Virus record (IMG/VR): IMGVR_UViG_3300036719_006047
Span: 32,001 to 96,000 of that record
Reading direction: 5' to 3' (one strand)
From: a virus
Length of the DNA stretch: 64,000 nt
The translations under genes were made by a program, and so were the position numbers. The notes under the pieces are model-generated. The model saw only the letters and a program-made list of their open reading frames with translations, did not search any database and had not been told where the DNA came from. Shown in pieces: positions 18,984 through 28,414 of this stretch (the stretch's first letter is position 1; each line of letters begins with the position of its first letter).

Positions 18984-21818
18984 TCACTTCGATCTCGATT
19001 TGCTGCTAGCTTCTTGTGTGTTGAGTTGATGCATCCTTCTTTCCGCCTCTGCTGCAGTAGCGAAAGTGAGGAGGTCAGGCATCACTCTGTAAACGATGGG
19101 CCCCGAGAAGATGTCACTCTTCTCTGCGATGACGCGACGCGGCCCTGACTTCCTACCTACCGCTAGCATCTTTTCGTAGCGTACACGCTTAGCCCAAAAC
19201 TCAGCAGGATCGGCGATTATCTTTTCTACAGCTCTTTCGCGGCTCTCGGGTGTCGGCATGTTTGTGCCAGGAATGAGGAAGGGATAGGAATGCCTCCTTC
19301 CGGCAATCTGAAAAGCTCTTTGCTTTGCTTCTTCAGGACTGTAGCCTTCTCTCAAACCTGACTCAAAGATGGCCAACCGCATCCGTCGAATTTGCTCTTC
19401 GTACGGATCGAGCACCTCGATGCCGTCTTCTTTGGGGTTGGTGTTTGCCGTCTGTTTGTCTTTGGGCGCCTTGGCGTTGATGTTGTCGTAGCGCAGCCTC
19501 ATGACCTGTTCTGGCATCAATTCAGCCATCAAGATATGCAGATAGTCTCTAACGTTGACGCCTGCTCCTTTACCTGAACCTTCTTCGAGCAAAGTCTTGA
19601 ACTCAATCGGCATCTCGTTGAGCACTTGAGCCGGCTTTCTGTTGTACGAAGGCGCCGAAGAATAATCGTCTTGCGGTCCTTCCCCCAAAACGAGGCGCGT
19701 GTGGTTGCGCTTCTTCTCGATTCGGCTCATCAACGCAAACGAGAAAGGATCGTTGGGGATGACGTAGATGATTTTGGGCTCTACGTTCTGCTCGGGCCGG
19801 TTGATGCGGTCTTCTGCTTGCGCTTCGATGCCGGGGTTCGGCATGCGCTGAATGAACAACAGCGTGTCTGCTGCGCTCAGGTTCAACCCTTCGCTGCCTG
19901 CTCGGGTCAAGATGACAATGGCTCTCTTGTCCTTCGCGTCAAGTTTTTCGGGGAACCTCAGACGTCGGCTCAACTCATCGAAGTCGCTGTATTCGTCTCC
20001 AAGCTTCTTTGCGGCTGACTGCGGCGTCTTGATCGGCTCGAGCACACTCGACTTCTTTTCTGCCATGCTTACGCGAGAAGCGTCTGCAACGTAAATCCTG
20101 ATGTTCGGGAATGCCTCTCTCAGCTTCTCAAAAAGCTTCTTCACGACGTCTTTGTGGTAAGCAAAGATAACCATCGGCCTGTCGAAATCTTTGTTCTCCG
20201 TGTTGTTTATTCTGTTTGACACAGCAGCGATCGTGCCATCGATCACGCTGGTGCCCATTCCTTTCATGAGAGTCGGAGGGATTGGGATGTAACCGCCGTA
20301 AAGCAGTTTCTTCAGCTTGTCCTTGAACACGGCGACGACAGCAGGGCTGAGTACTTCAGCCGCTGGTCTGCCTTTGTTTTTCGTCAGGTAAGCGTCGAAT
20401 TCCTGGAACACCTTTGAGGCTGCGTTGATCTTTTTTGCGTATTCTGCTTTGTCGGACGCCTTTCCACTCTTCCGCGAAGATCTTGCGATGACCTCTTTCG
20501 ACTTCTCGATAGCGGCCATAACTTCTTCGATTCTCTGGCTGTCAGGCGGCAGAATCAGGTAGGCTCTCTTCTTCTCTCTGAGCTGGAAACGAGCCAAAGC
20601 TCCAGTCTCTACAGCAAGTCGCCTGGGGTGACGAGTGCCCTTCGCGTACAACTCTTTTTGCAGCTTTTTCTGGGGCTCCTCGTTCTCCCAGTCCTTGAAC
20701 GTGATGTGACCTGTCCTTGAGAGCGTCATATCGTCGAAGTTCAGTCCTGTCTTGGCAGACAAGAAAATCGCTTCGAGCGACTTCGCCATCTGCTCGTCTG
20801 CGACAGGGTAGTCGTGGTAAGGAACCTCACCCACCGGCTCGAGCATGTTCAGAATGCTGGCAAGCTCTCCTGGGTCGTTGAGCATCGGTGTGCCCGTCAA
20901 CGCCAGCACGTGGGGGATGTAGTTCGCCAAATAGTAGCAGACTTTTGTGTTTTCCGAGCCGTAGTACTTCAACCTGTGGGCTTCGTCGAACACAATGGTC
21001 TTGATCTTGGCTGTGATCAGGTCACGAACTTCGACCGCTTCTTTTTGCTGTGCAGGAGTTGGTAACTTTAGTCTTTTGCTTTTTGCCACGACCTCCTCGA
21101 CAGGCTCGCTCTCGTCCTCCATATCGTCCAAGCTTGATGCAAGCTCAACTCTATCTTCCTTTGCGCCGAACGCTGTGTAGTACTCGGGCAGGGCTCTGCC
21201 GGCATAAGCTCCTGCGGGCCAAAGTAACGTTCTCAGCATCTCATAGGTAACCAGAATTACACTGTTTTCGTTAGCTTCTTCGACCGTTCTTCTGAGCCTG
21301 TTTGATGCCTCTACCTCGACTACAGTGTAGTTTGTTCTCAGCGCAAAAGTGTTTTTCCAAGAAGGCAGAGCGCTTCTCGGACAAACAACGAGGGCAGGCA
21401 AGTAACTCTCTGTGTCCGTCTCGAGCGTTTGGCCCGCATCGCCTGCGGCAATCGTCAAAACAGCTGTAGTTGTCTTTCCTAAGCCCATAGGATCGAACAA
21501 GCCCGCTCTGCCGCCTCGGTACAAAGCGAACAGCATCCCGGCCATCTGGTAGGGCAAGGCTGGTTGGCCTTTGCTGTAAAACTTCTTCGCCTTGATAGCA
21601 TTATCGAGAACGGCTTTAGCGGCCGCATCGATCTTCTCGTAATCCTCTCCCGAGAAGCCGTACTTCTCGTTGATGATACCCGGATAGCGCGAGATCTTGC
21701 TCCCTGTGTCGGGAGTGATCTCTGCTACAGGACTTAAATTCTGCTTTTTGCCTCTCTTTGCGGGAGGGTTTTTGCGGAAGATGACTTCTCGGTCCGGGAG
21801 AAGAGCGATGCGGTACAT
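18984..21818 (-). CDS. SNF2/SWI2-family SF2 helicase
   Basis: FDPMGLGKT, IVFDEAH, LTGTPMLND, GSEGLNL, QAEDRINR. Confidence 0.92.
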   Translation of the reverse strand: MYRIALLPDREVIFRKNPPAKRGKKQNLSPVAEITPDTGSKISRYPGIINEKYGFSGEDYEKIDAAAKAVLDNAIKAKKFYSKGQPALPYQMAGMLFALYRGGRAGLFDPMGLGKTTTAVLTIAAGDAGQTLETDTESYLPALVVCPRSALPSWKNTFALRTNYTVVEVEASNRLRRTVEEANENSVILVTYEMLRTLLWPAGAYAGRALPEYYTAFGAKEDRVELASSLDDMEDESEPVEEVVAKSKRLKLPTPAQQKEAVEVRDLITAKIKTIVFDEAHRLKYYGSENTKVCYYLANYIPHVLALTGTPMLNDPGELASILNMLEPVGEVPYHDYPVADEQMAKSLEAIFLSAKTGLNFDDMTLSRTGHITFKDWENEEPQKKLQKELYAKGTRHPRRLAVETGALARFQLREKKRAYLILPPDSQRIEEVMAAIEKSKEVIARSSRKSGKASDKAEYAKKINAASKVFQEFDAYLTKNKGRPAAEVLSPAVVAVFKDKLKKLLYGGYIPIPPTLMKGMGTSVIDGTIAAVSNRINNTENKDFDRPMVIFAYHKDVVKKLFEKLREAFPNIRIYVADASRVSMAEKKSSVLEPIKTPQSAAKKLGDEYSDFDELSRRLRFPEKLDAKDKRAIVILTRAGSEGLNLSAADTLLFIQRMPNPGIEAQAEDRINRPEQNVEPKIIYVIPNDPFSFALMSRIEKKRNHTRLVLGEGPQDDYSSAPSYNRKPAQVLNEMPIEFKTLLEEGSGKGAGVNVRDYLHILMAELMPEQVMRLRYDNINAKAPKDKQTANTNPKEDGIEVLDPYEEQIRRMRLAIFESGLREGYSPEEAKQRAFQIAGRRHSYPFLIPGTNMPTPESRERAVEKIIADPAEFWAKRVRYEKMLAVGRKSGPRRVIAEKSDIFSGPIVYRVMPDLLTFATAAEAERRMHQLNTQEASSKSRSK

Positions 21819-21820
21819 GA

Positions 21821-22165
21821 TTAGAACCCACCCACTGAGTTTCTGTTTTCAGGAGCCGGCCCGAAACGAACGATACCGTTCACGACCTGCTTCTTCTCGA
21901 GAAGGTCTCTCTCGGTCGAGCCGTCCTCGCCCAGCTTCTGCTGCAGTTCAGCAATACCTACAGGCTCTTTCCTGTGAACAGAGCTGTTGTAAGCTGCTGT
22001 CTGCGGCACGAAATGTGGCGCAGAGAAGTAACCTGCCACCCCTCCGGCCGCTGCCGCCACCAACGGGATGTTGGAGTCCTCGTCAGCTTCGTACTTCTTG
22101 CCCAAGAAGTACCCGAGAGCTGCTCCGATGGCCGCCCCTGCGAGGCGTGCTGTATTCTGGGTCAT
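21821..22165 (-). CDS. small glycine-zipper membrane protein
   Basis: ATG at 22165 after GGAGG; AGAAIGAALGY and AAAAGGVAGY segments. Confidence 0.8.
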   Translation of the reverse strand: MTQNTARLAGAAIGAALGYFLGKKYEADEDSNIPLVAAAAGGVAGYFSAPHFVPQTAAYNSSVHRKEPVGIAELQQKLGEDGSTERDLLEKKQVVNGIVRFGPAPENRNSVGGF

Positions 22166-22293
22166 GGTGCCTCCAGTTCTGCCCACTGAGTCTCGCCTAA
22201 GTAGCGAGAACGCAGGGCATCCACGAGACACAATAGCCTTTGCCCGGTCTTTGGTCGCTTTACCGACCCGTCTTCGAGTGCTGCAGCTCTGCG

Positions 22294-22489
22294 TCAATAC
22301 TTTGAGACTCGATTCACGTTGTACAGAGCGTCTTCTCGCTTTAGGCTAATACTTCTTCTATTTTCTGCCTTTCGAGCTAAATCTCTTTGGCCGAAGGGGC
22401 TATAAGGTTGAGTTTGTTCTATCTGAATCGCTTCCTTGCACTATTTTTAGTGAGCTACAAGCTCGCCTGCGAGGGTCAGACATGCTCAT
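22294..22489 (-). pseudogene. decayed copy of the array gene
   Basis: 8 nt after the stop of H: ATG AGC ATG TCT GAC CCT CGC (MSMSDPR), then after a frameshift ELVAH*K*CKEA, matching LAHAKACxxA; no repeats. Confidence 0.7.
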
Positions 22490-22497
22490 GCATCAGC

Positions 22498-23121
22498 TCA
22501 GTACTTGAAAATGGGAGTTTTGATGTGAAGCTTGCCGTCAGAACGAAGCTCGGCGACAAGTCTCTTTTTGGCGACACGGCTCCCGCGATCGGCTTCTGGC
22601 TCGTGAAGAAAAATAACTTTTTCGGCTACTCCTTCGGGGTAGTCCAAATTCGCAACATCGCGATACCCTGCGCTATTCAATTGACTTTGAGTGATCTTCG
22701 CGTTGTTCAAATCAGCGAAACCGATGGAGGTCCTGAACAAGCTGGCGTCGGTGAGATTAGCGCCGGTGAGGTTGGCGCCCTTGAGGTTGGCTTCCCCGAG
22801 GCGGGCGCCGGTGAGGTCGGCGCGGGTGAGGTTGGAGCCGCTGAGGTTGGCGCCGGTGAGCTTGGCACCGGTGAGGTTGGCGTCGGTGAGGTTGGCTCCG
22901 GTGAGGTTGGCGCCGTAGAGGTTGGCGCGGAAGAGATTGGCGCCGGTGAGGTCGGCGTCGTTGAGCTCGGCTTCGGCGAGGTCGGCGCCGGATAGGTCGA
23001 TGCCAGAAAGATCTTTGAGATTATGCGGCAAAGAAGGTCTGCTATCTCCCCGAGCATAAGCTTCTTTGCAAGCCCTTGCGTGAGCGAGGACAGCGATAAC
23101 GCGGGGGTCGGACATGTTCAT
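22498..23121 (-). CDS. array pentapeptide-repeat protein H (207 aa, ~21 repeats)
   Basis: Shared caps. Confidence 0.95.
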   Translation of the reverse strand: MNMSDPRVIAVLAHARACKEAYARGDSRPSLPHNLKDLSGIDLSGADLAEAELNDADLTGANLFRANLYGANLTGANLTDANLTGAKLTGANLSGSNLTRADLTGARLGEANLKGANLTGANLTDASLFRTSIGFADLNNAKITQSQLNSAGYRDVANLDYPEGVAEKVIFLHEPEADRGSRVAKKRLVAELRSDGKLHIKTPIFKY

Positions 23122-23129
23122 GATTCACC

Positions 23130-23675
23130 TCAGTACTTGAAGATGGGAGTTTTGATGTGAAGTTTGCCGTCAGAACGAAGTTCAACGACAAGTCTTTTTT
23201 TGGCTTCAGTAAGCCCGCTGCTGGGTTCGTGAAGCAAAATGAATTTTTTAGCTGCTGCCACTGGGTAACCATTGTATGCTACATTTATATTGGACGAAGA
23301 TTCAATTTGGTCTTGCGTAATCTTCGCGTCGGTCAAGTCAGCAAAACCGATGTAGGCTTTGGTCAAGTTGGCGTCGGTGAGGTTGGCTCCTGTAAGATCG
23401 GAGTCGTTGAGGCTGGCGCGAGTGAGGTTGGCGCCGGTCAGGTTAGCGTTAATGAGGTTGGTTTTGCCGAAGATGGCACCGGTGAGGTTGGCGCCCGTGA
23501 GATCGACGCCCTCGAGATCGGTGTCACCGAGGCTGGCGTTCGTGAGGTCGATGCCAGAAAGATCTTTGAGCTCATGAGGCAGAGGAGGTCTGCTCTTTTT
23601 AAACCACTTAGCTTCTTTGCAAGCCCTTGCGTGAGCGAGGATAGCGACAACGCGGGGGTCGGACATGTTGGCCAC
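23130..23675 (-). CDS. array pentapeptide-repeat protein I (181 aa, ~16 repeats)
   Basis: Shared caps; GTG start. Confidence 0.95.
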   Translation of the reverse strand: MANMSDPRVVAILAHARACKEAKWFKKSRPPLPHELKDLSGIDLTNASLGDTDLEGVDLTGANLTGAIFGKTNLINANLTGANLTRASLNDSDLTGANLTDANLTKAYIGFADLTDAKITQDQIESSSNINVAYNGYPVAAAKKFILLHEPSSGLTEAKKRLVVELRSDGKLHIKTPIFKY

Positions 23676-23683
23676 GGTTCACC

Positions 23684-24544
23684 TCAGTACTTGAAGATGG
23701 GAGTTTTGATGTGAAGTTTGCCGTCAGAACGAAGTTCAACGACAAGTCTTTTTTTTACTTGGCGCTGCAAGCTATGACTTTTCTGTTGCAGCAAAATAAC
23801 TTTTTTTGCTATTTCTTTCGGGTAACCATCTTCTGCGACATCTGTGTGTTCAATAAAGTTCAGTTGGGCCTGAGTGACCTTAGCGTTAGTCAAATCTGCG
23901 AATCCCAAATCAGCGTAGTTGAGGTCGGCTCCCGTCAGATCAGCACCTGTGAGGTTAGCGCGGCTGAGCTTGGCGATGCTGAGGTCGGCACCAGTAAGGT
24001 CAGCCCCTTCTAAGTTAGCGCTTTTGATGTCGGCTCCGGTGAGGGCGGCGCCGTTGAGGTTGGCACGATTTAAGTTGGCACGGTTCAACTCGGAGTAGCT
24101 TAGCGTGGCTGAGCGGAGGGAAGCGCCGCTGAGATCAGCTCTGCTAAAATTGGCGTTGAGGCATTTGGCTGACTCAAGTTCTGCGTTGTTTAATTTGGCG
24201 TCGACAAGTTTGACTTCTTGAAGATTGGCGTCGGTGAGGTCGGCACCAGTGAGGTCTGCGCCCGTGAGATCCGCGGAATACAGTTGGGCGCCCGACAGCT
24301 TGGCACCCCTAAGGTCGGCGCCAGTTAGGTTGACTGCAGAGAGATTTGCACGCTCAAGCTTGGCGCCACTTAAGTTGGCTCCGGCAAAGTTGACGCCGAT
24401 GAGGCTGAGGCTGCTGAGGTCTATTCCAGATAATTCTTTAAGGTTTTCGGGGAATGGCGGTATGGTTTTTCCTGCGTTTTCGGCTTGGTAATGAGCCTTT
24501 ACGTAATCGAGCACGCGAGGGACACGGGGATCAGACATGTCCAT
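23684..24544 (-). CDS. array pentapeptide-repeat protein J (286 aa)
   Basis: Shared caps; more degenerate codons. Confidence 0.95.
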   Translation of the reverse strand: MDMSDPRVPRVLDYVKAHYQAENAGKTIPPFPENLKELSGIDLSSLSLIGVNFAGANLSGAKLERANLSAVNLTGADLRGAKLSGAQLYSADLTGADLTGADLTDANLQEVKLVDAKLNNAELESAKCLNANFSRADLSGASLRSATLSYSELNRANLNRANLNGAALTGADIKSANLEGADLTGADLSIAKLSRANLTGADLTGADLNYADLGFADLTNAKVTQAQLNFIEHTDVAEDGYPKEIAKKVILLQQKSHSLQRQVKKRLVVELRSDGKLHIKTPIFKY

Positions 24545-24552
24545 GAATCACC

Positions 24553-25299
24553 TCAATACTTGAAGATGGGAGTCTTGATGTAAAGTTTGCCGTCTGCACG
24601 CAGTTCAACGACAAGTCTCTTTTTAACTTGTTGCCTCGATCTTCTGAGTTCTGGATTGTGGAATAAAATAACTTTTTCGGCTACTTCTTTTGGGTAACCG
24701 TCTTGTGCTACATCAGTGTAAAGTGCGCTGTCTAGCTGGGCCTTAGTGATGTTCGCGTTGGTTAAGTCAGCAAAACCGATGTTGGCGGCGATGAGGTTGG
24801 CGGCGTTGAGGTTGGCGGCGGTGAGGTTGGCGTCGACAAGCTTGGCGTCGGTGAGGGTGGCGTGGGTGAGGTCGGCGCTGCTGAGGTCGGCGCGGCTGAG
24901 GATGGCGCTGCCGAGGTAGGCGCGGAGGAGCTTGGCGTCAGTGAGGTTTGCGTGGCTGAGGTCGGCGTTGGTGAGCTTGGTGTCAGTGAGGTCGGCGCGG
25001 CTGAGGTCGGCACCGTTTAACTTTGAGAAGTAGAGCTCGGCGGCGCTTAGGTCGGCACCTTCGAAGTTGGCGCGGGTGAGGTTGGCGCGGATGAAGTAGG
25101 CGCTACTGAGATTGGCACCGGTAAAGTCGGCACCTTCGAGGTTGGCGTCACTGAGGTTGGCACTGCTGAGGTCGATGCCAGACAAATCTAGGAGATTAGA
25201 AGCTAAGACTGGTCCGTCTTCTCTTCTATTTTTAGCTTCTTTGCAAGCCCTTGCGTGAGCGAGGACAAGAGGAACGCGGGGGTCAGACATATCGGCCAC
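24553..25299 (-). CDS. array pentapeptide-repeat protein K (248 aa)
   Basis: Shared caps. Confidence 0.95.
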   Translation of the reverse strand: MADMSDPRVPLVLAHARACKEAKNRREDGPVLASNLLDLSGIDLSSANLSDANLEGADFTGANLSSAYFIRANLTRANFEGADLSAAELYFSKLNGADLSRADLTDTKLTNADLSHANLTDAKLLRAYLGSAILSRADLSSADLTHATLTDAKLVDANLTAANLNAANLIAANIGFADLTNANITKAQLDSALYTDVAQDGYPKEVAEKVILFHNPELRRSRQQVKKRLVVELRADGKLYIKTPIFKY

Positions 25300-25307
25300 A
25301 GATCACC

Positions 25308-26069
25308 TCAGTACTTGAAGACGGGAGTCTTGATGTGCAGTCTGCCGTCTGCTCGAAGCTCAACAACAAGTCTTTTTTTGGCTGTTCGTTTCCAGGACGC
25401 AGGCGCTGGTTCGTGGGGCAAAATAACTTTTTCAGCTACTTCTTTGGGGTAACCGTCTTGCGGTACATTGACATACCCTGCGCTATTCAATTGAATTTGA
25501 GTAATCTTCGCGTTGGTCAAGTCAGCGAAACCTAATTTGGCACTTTTGAGGTCGGCGCCTTCGAGGTTGGCGCCGGTGAGGTCGGCGTCGGTGAGGTCGG
25601 CGCCGCCGAGGTCGGCGTCGGTGAGGTCGGCGCCGGTGAGGTTGGCGCCGCTGAGCTCGGCGCGGAAGAGTCTGACGCGGGTGAGGTTGGCTCCGCTTAG
25701 GTCAGCGCCCTCGAGCTTGGCGCCGTCGAGATCGGCGCCGCTGAGGTCGGCGTTGGTGAGGTTGGCGCTGCTGAGGTCGGCGCCTTCGAGAACGGCGTCG
25801 GTGAGGTTAGCGTCGGTGAGGTTGGCGCCGATGAGCCAGGCGCTGATGAGCTTGGCGCTGATGAGCTTGGCGTCGGTGAGGTTAGCGTCGGTGAGGTTAG
25901 CGTCGGTGAGGTCGGCTTCTTCGAGATTGGCGCCGGAGAGGTTGATGCCAGAAAGATCTTTGAGTTTATGAGGCAGAGGAGGTCTGCTCTTTCCCCCCGA
26001 CTTAGCTTCTCGACAAGCCTCTGCGTGAGCGAGGATAGCGATAACGCGGGGGTCGGACATATCGGCCAC
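25308..26069 (-). CDS. array pentapeptide-repeat protein L (253 aa, ~30 repeats)
   Basis: Shared caps. Confidence 0.95.
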   Translation of the reverse strand: MADMSDPRVIAILAHAEACREAKSGGKSRPPLPHKLKDLSGINLSGANLEEADLTDANLTDANLTDAKLISAKLISAWLIGANLTDANLTDAVLEGADLSSANLTNADLSGADLDGAKLEGADLSGANLTRVRLFRAELSGANLTGADLTDADLGGADLTDADLTGANLEGADLKSAKLGFADLTNAKITQIQLNSAGYVNVPQDGYPKEVAEKVILPHEPAPASWKRTAKKRLVVELRADGRLHIKTPVFKY

Positions 26070-26077
26070 AGATCACC

Positions 26078-27046
26078 TCAGTACTTGAAGATGGGAGTCT
26101 TGATGTGCAGTCTGCCGTCTGCTCGCAGTTCAATGACAAGTCTCTTTTTGGCCTTTCGCTTGTGTGGTATAGGTTCTGGTTCGTGAAGCAAAATAACTTT
26201 TTCGGCTACTTTTTTAGGGTAACCGTCTTTTGCTACATCGACATAATTTGAGGCATTCAATTGATCTTGAGTAATCTTCGCGTTGGTCAAGTCAGCGAAA
26301 CCTATTTCGGCTCTTTTGAGGTCGGCGCCTTCGAGGTTGGCGCCGGTGAGGTTGGCGTTGGTGAGGTTGGCGCCGGTGAGGTTGGCGTCGCTGAGTTTGG
26401 TGCTGTGGAGGTTGGCACCGGTGAGGTTGGCGCCCCAGAGGTTGGCGCCGTTGAGGTCGGCGCCGGTGAGGATGGCGCCTCTGAGGTCGGCGCCGGTGAG
26501 GTTGGCACTGGTGAGGTCAGCGTTGGTGAGGTTGGCGCCGGTGAGGTTGGCGCCGACGAGGTTGGCGCCGGTGAAATTGGAGCCGATGAGCCAGGCGTCG
26601 CGGAGCTCGGCGCGGTTGAGGTTGGCGTAGTTGAGCTTGGCGCCGTTGAGCCTGGCGCCGGTGAGGTCGGCGCCCCCGAGGCGGGCATTCTCGAGGGCGG
26701 CGTCGGTGAGGTCGGCGCCGGTGAGGTTGGCGCCGCTGAGGTTGGCGCCTCTGAGGACGGCGCCGGTGAGGACGGCGCCGGTGAGGTTGGCGCCGTTGAG
26801 GTCGGCGCCGGTGAGGTTGGCGCGGGTGAGGTTGGCGCCGTTGAGGTCGGCGCCGGTGAGGATGGCGCCTCTGAGGTCGGCGCCCTCGAGCTTGTCGCCG
26901 TCGAAATCGGCGCCGGTGAAGTCTATGCCAGACAGATTTCTAAGATTAGAGGGTAAGACTGGAACGATTTCTCCCTGCTGCTTAGCTTTTTGGCAAGCCT
27001 TTGCGTGAGCGAGGACAGCGATAACGCGGGGGTCGGACATGTTCAT
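26078..27046 (-). CDS. array pentapeptide-repeat protein M (322 aa, ~44 repeats)
   Basis: Shared caps; longest member. Confidence 0.95.
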   Translation of the reverse strand: MNMSDPRVIAVLAHAKACQKAKQQGEIVPVLPSNLRNLSGIDFTGADFDGDKLEGADLRGAILTGADLNGANLTRANLTGADLNGANLTGAVLTGAVLRGANLSGANLTGADLTDAALENARLGGADLTGARLNGAKLNYANLNRAELRDAWLIGSNFTGANLVGANLTGANLTNADLTSANLTGADLRGAILTGADLNGANLWGANLTGANLHSTKLSDANLTGANLTNANLTGANLEGADLKRAEIGFADLTNAKITQDQLNASNYVDVAKDGYPKKVAEKVILLHEPEPIPHKRKAKKRLVIELRADGRLHIKTPIFKY

Positions 27047-27054
27047 GATTCACC

Positions 27055-27855
27055 TCAATACTTGAAGATGGGAGTCTTGATGTAAAGTTTGCCGTCTGCT
27101 CGCAGTTCAACGACAAGTCTCTTTTTGGCTATTCGTTCCCAGGACGTAGGCGGTTCGTGAAGCAAAATAACTTTCTCGGCTACTTCTTTGAGGTAGCCCA
27201 AATCCGCAACATTGACATAATTTGAGTCATCCAATTGATCTTGAGTAATCTTCGCGTTGGTCAAGTCAGCGAAACCTATTTCGGCGCCGTTGAGGTCGGC
27301 GCCGGTGAGGTCGGCGTCGGTGAGGTCGGCGCCGGTGAGGTTGGCGCCGCTGAGCTCGGCGCGGAAGAGTCTGACGCGGGTGAGGTTGGCGCCGTTGAGG
27401 TCGGCGCCGGTGAGGTTGGCGCCGTTGAGGTCGGCGCCGGTGAGGATGGCGCCTCTGAGGTCGGCGCCGGTGAGGTTGGCACTGGTGAGGTCAGCGTTGG
27501 TGAGGTTGGCGTCTTTGAGGTTGGCGCTGTTGAGCTTGGCGCTGTTGAGGTTGGCGCGGGTGAGGTTGGCGCTGTAGAGCTTGGCGCCTCTGAGGTCGGC
27601 GCTGAAGAGCCAGGCGCCGCTGAGGTTGGCGCCGTTGAGGTCGGCGCCGGTGAGGTCGATGCCGGTGAGCTTGGCGTCGGTGAGGTCGGCGCGGGTGAGG
27701 TTGGCGCCGGTGAGGTCGGCGCCGGTGAGGTCGATGCGATAAATATCTTTGAGAATATGCGGCAGAGAAGGTCTGCTTCTTTTCTGCCGATTAGCTTCTC
27801 GACAAGCCTCTGCGTGAGCGAGGACAAGAGGAACGCGGGGGTCGGACGTGCCCAT
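27055..27855 (-). CDS. array pentapeptide-repeat protein N (266 aa, ~33 repeats)
   Basis: Shared caps. Confidence 0.95.
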   Translation of the reverse strand: MGTSDPRVPLVLAHAEACREANRQKRSRPSLPHILKDIYRIDLTGADLTGANLTRADLTDAKLTGIDLTGADLNGANLSGAWLFSADLRGAKLYSANLTRANLNSAKLNSANLKDANLTNADLTSANLTGADLRGAILTGADLNGANLTGADLNGANLTRVRLFRAELSGANLTGADLTDADLTGADLNGAEIGFADLTNAKITQDQLDDSNYVNVADLGYLKEVAEKVILLHEPPTSWERIAKKRLVVELRADGKLYIKTPIFKY

Positions 27856-27863
27856 GAATCACC

Positions 27864-28406
27864 TCAGTACTTGAAGATGCGATTTTTGATGTGAAGCTTG
27901 CCGTCCGCTCGCAGCTCAACAACAAGTCTTTTTTTGGCAACACGGTTCCAATCGACAGTTTCGTGAAACAAAATAACTTTTTCGGCCACTTCCTTAGGGT
28001 AACCCTGATATTCTACATCACGGTAAAATGCTTCTTCCAGCTGGGCCTGAGTGACCCTCGCGTTGGTTAAGTCAGCAAAACCTATTTTGGCGCGGTTGAG
28101 GTTGGCGCCGTTGAGCTTGGCGCCGTTGAGGTCGGCGTCTTCGAGGTAGGCGCCTCTGAGGTTGGCGCCCGTGAGGTCGGCGCCGATGAGGTCGGAGCCG
28201 CGGAGGTTAGCGTCGGTGAGGTCGGCGTTGGTGAGGTTGGCGCCGGCGAGGTCAGCGTCTTCGAGATTGGCGCCGGAGAGGTCGATGCCAGAAAGATCTT
28301 TGAGCTCATGAGGCAGAGGAGGTCTGCTCTCTTCCCCCCAAAAAGCTTCTCGACAAGCCTCTGCATGCGCGAGGATAGCGACAACGCGGGGGTCGGACGT
28401 GTCCAT
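27864..28406 (-). CDS. array pentapeptide-repeat protein O (180 aa, ~16 repeats)
   Basis: Shared caps. Confidence 0.95.
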   Translation of the reverse strand: MDTSDPRVVAILAHAEACREAFWGEESRPPLPHELKDLSGIDLSGANLEDADLAGANLTNADLTDANLRGSDLIGADLTGANLRGAYLEDADLNGAKLNGANLNRAKIGFADLTNARVTQAQLEEAFYRDVEYQGYPKEVAEKVILFHETVDWNRVAKKRLVVELRADGKLHIKNRIFKY

Positions 28407-28414
28407 GAATCACC

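Noticed and set aside
22294-22489. Stop-codon reassignment suggested by in-frame TAA/TAG
   Set aside because: TAA, TAG and TGA all terminate intact genes here, and a frameshift is also present; a pseudogene is simpler.
22659-22672. 14-nt match CGCGATACCCTGCG to the tRNA promoter -10 region (and CGATACCCT at 31828)
   Set aside because: Lies inside a coding region; matches of this length are expected by chance in 64 kb.
15127-28384. Long antisense and alternate-frame ORFs ([26 protein letters not shown])
   Set aside because: Automatic by-products of the stop-free 15-nt repeat; no SD, and they end where the repeats end.
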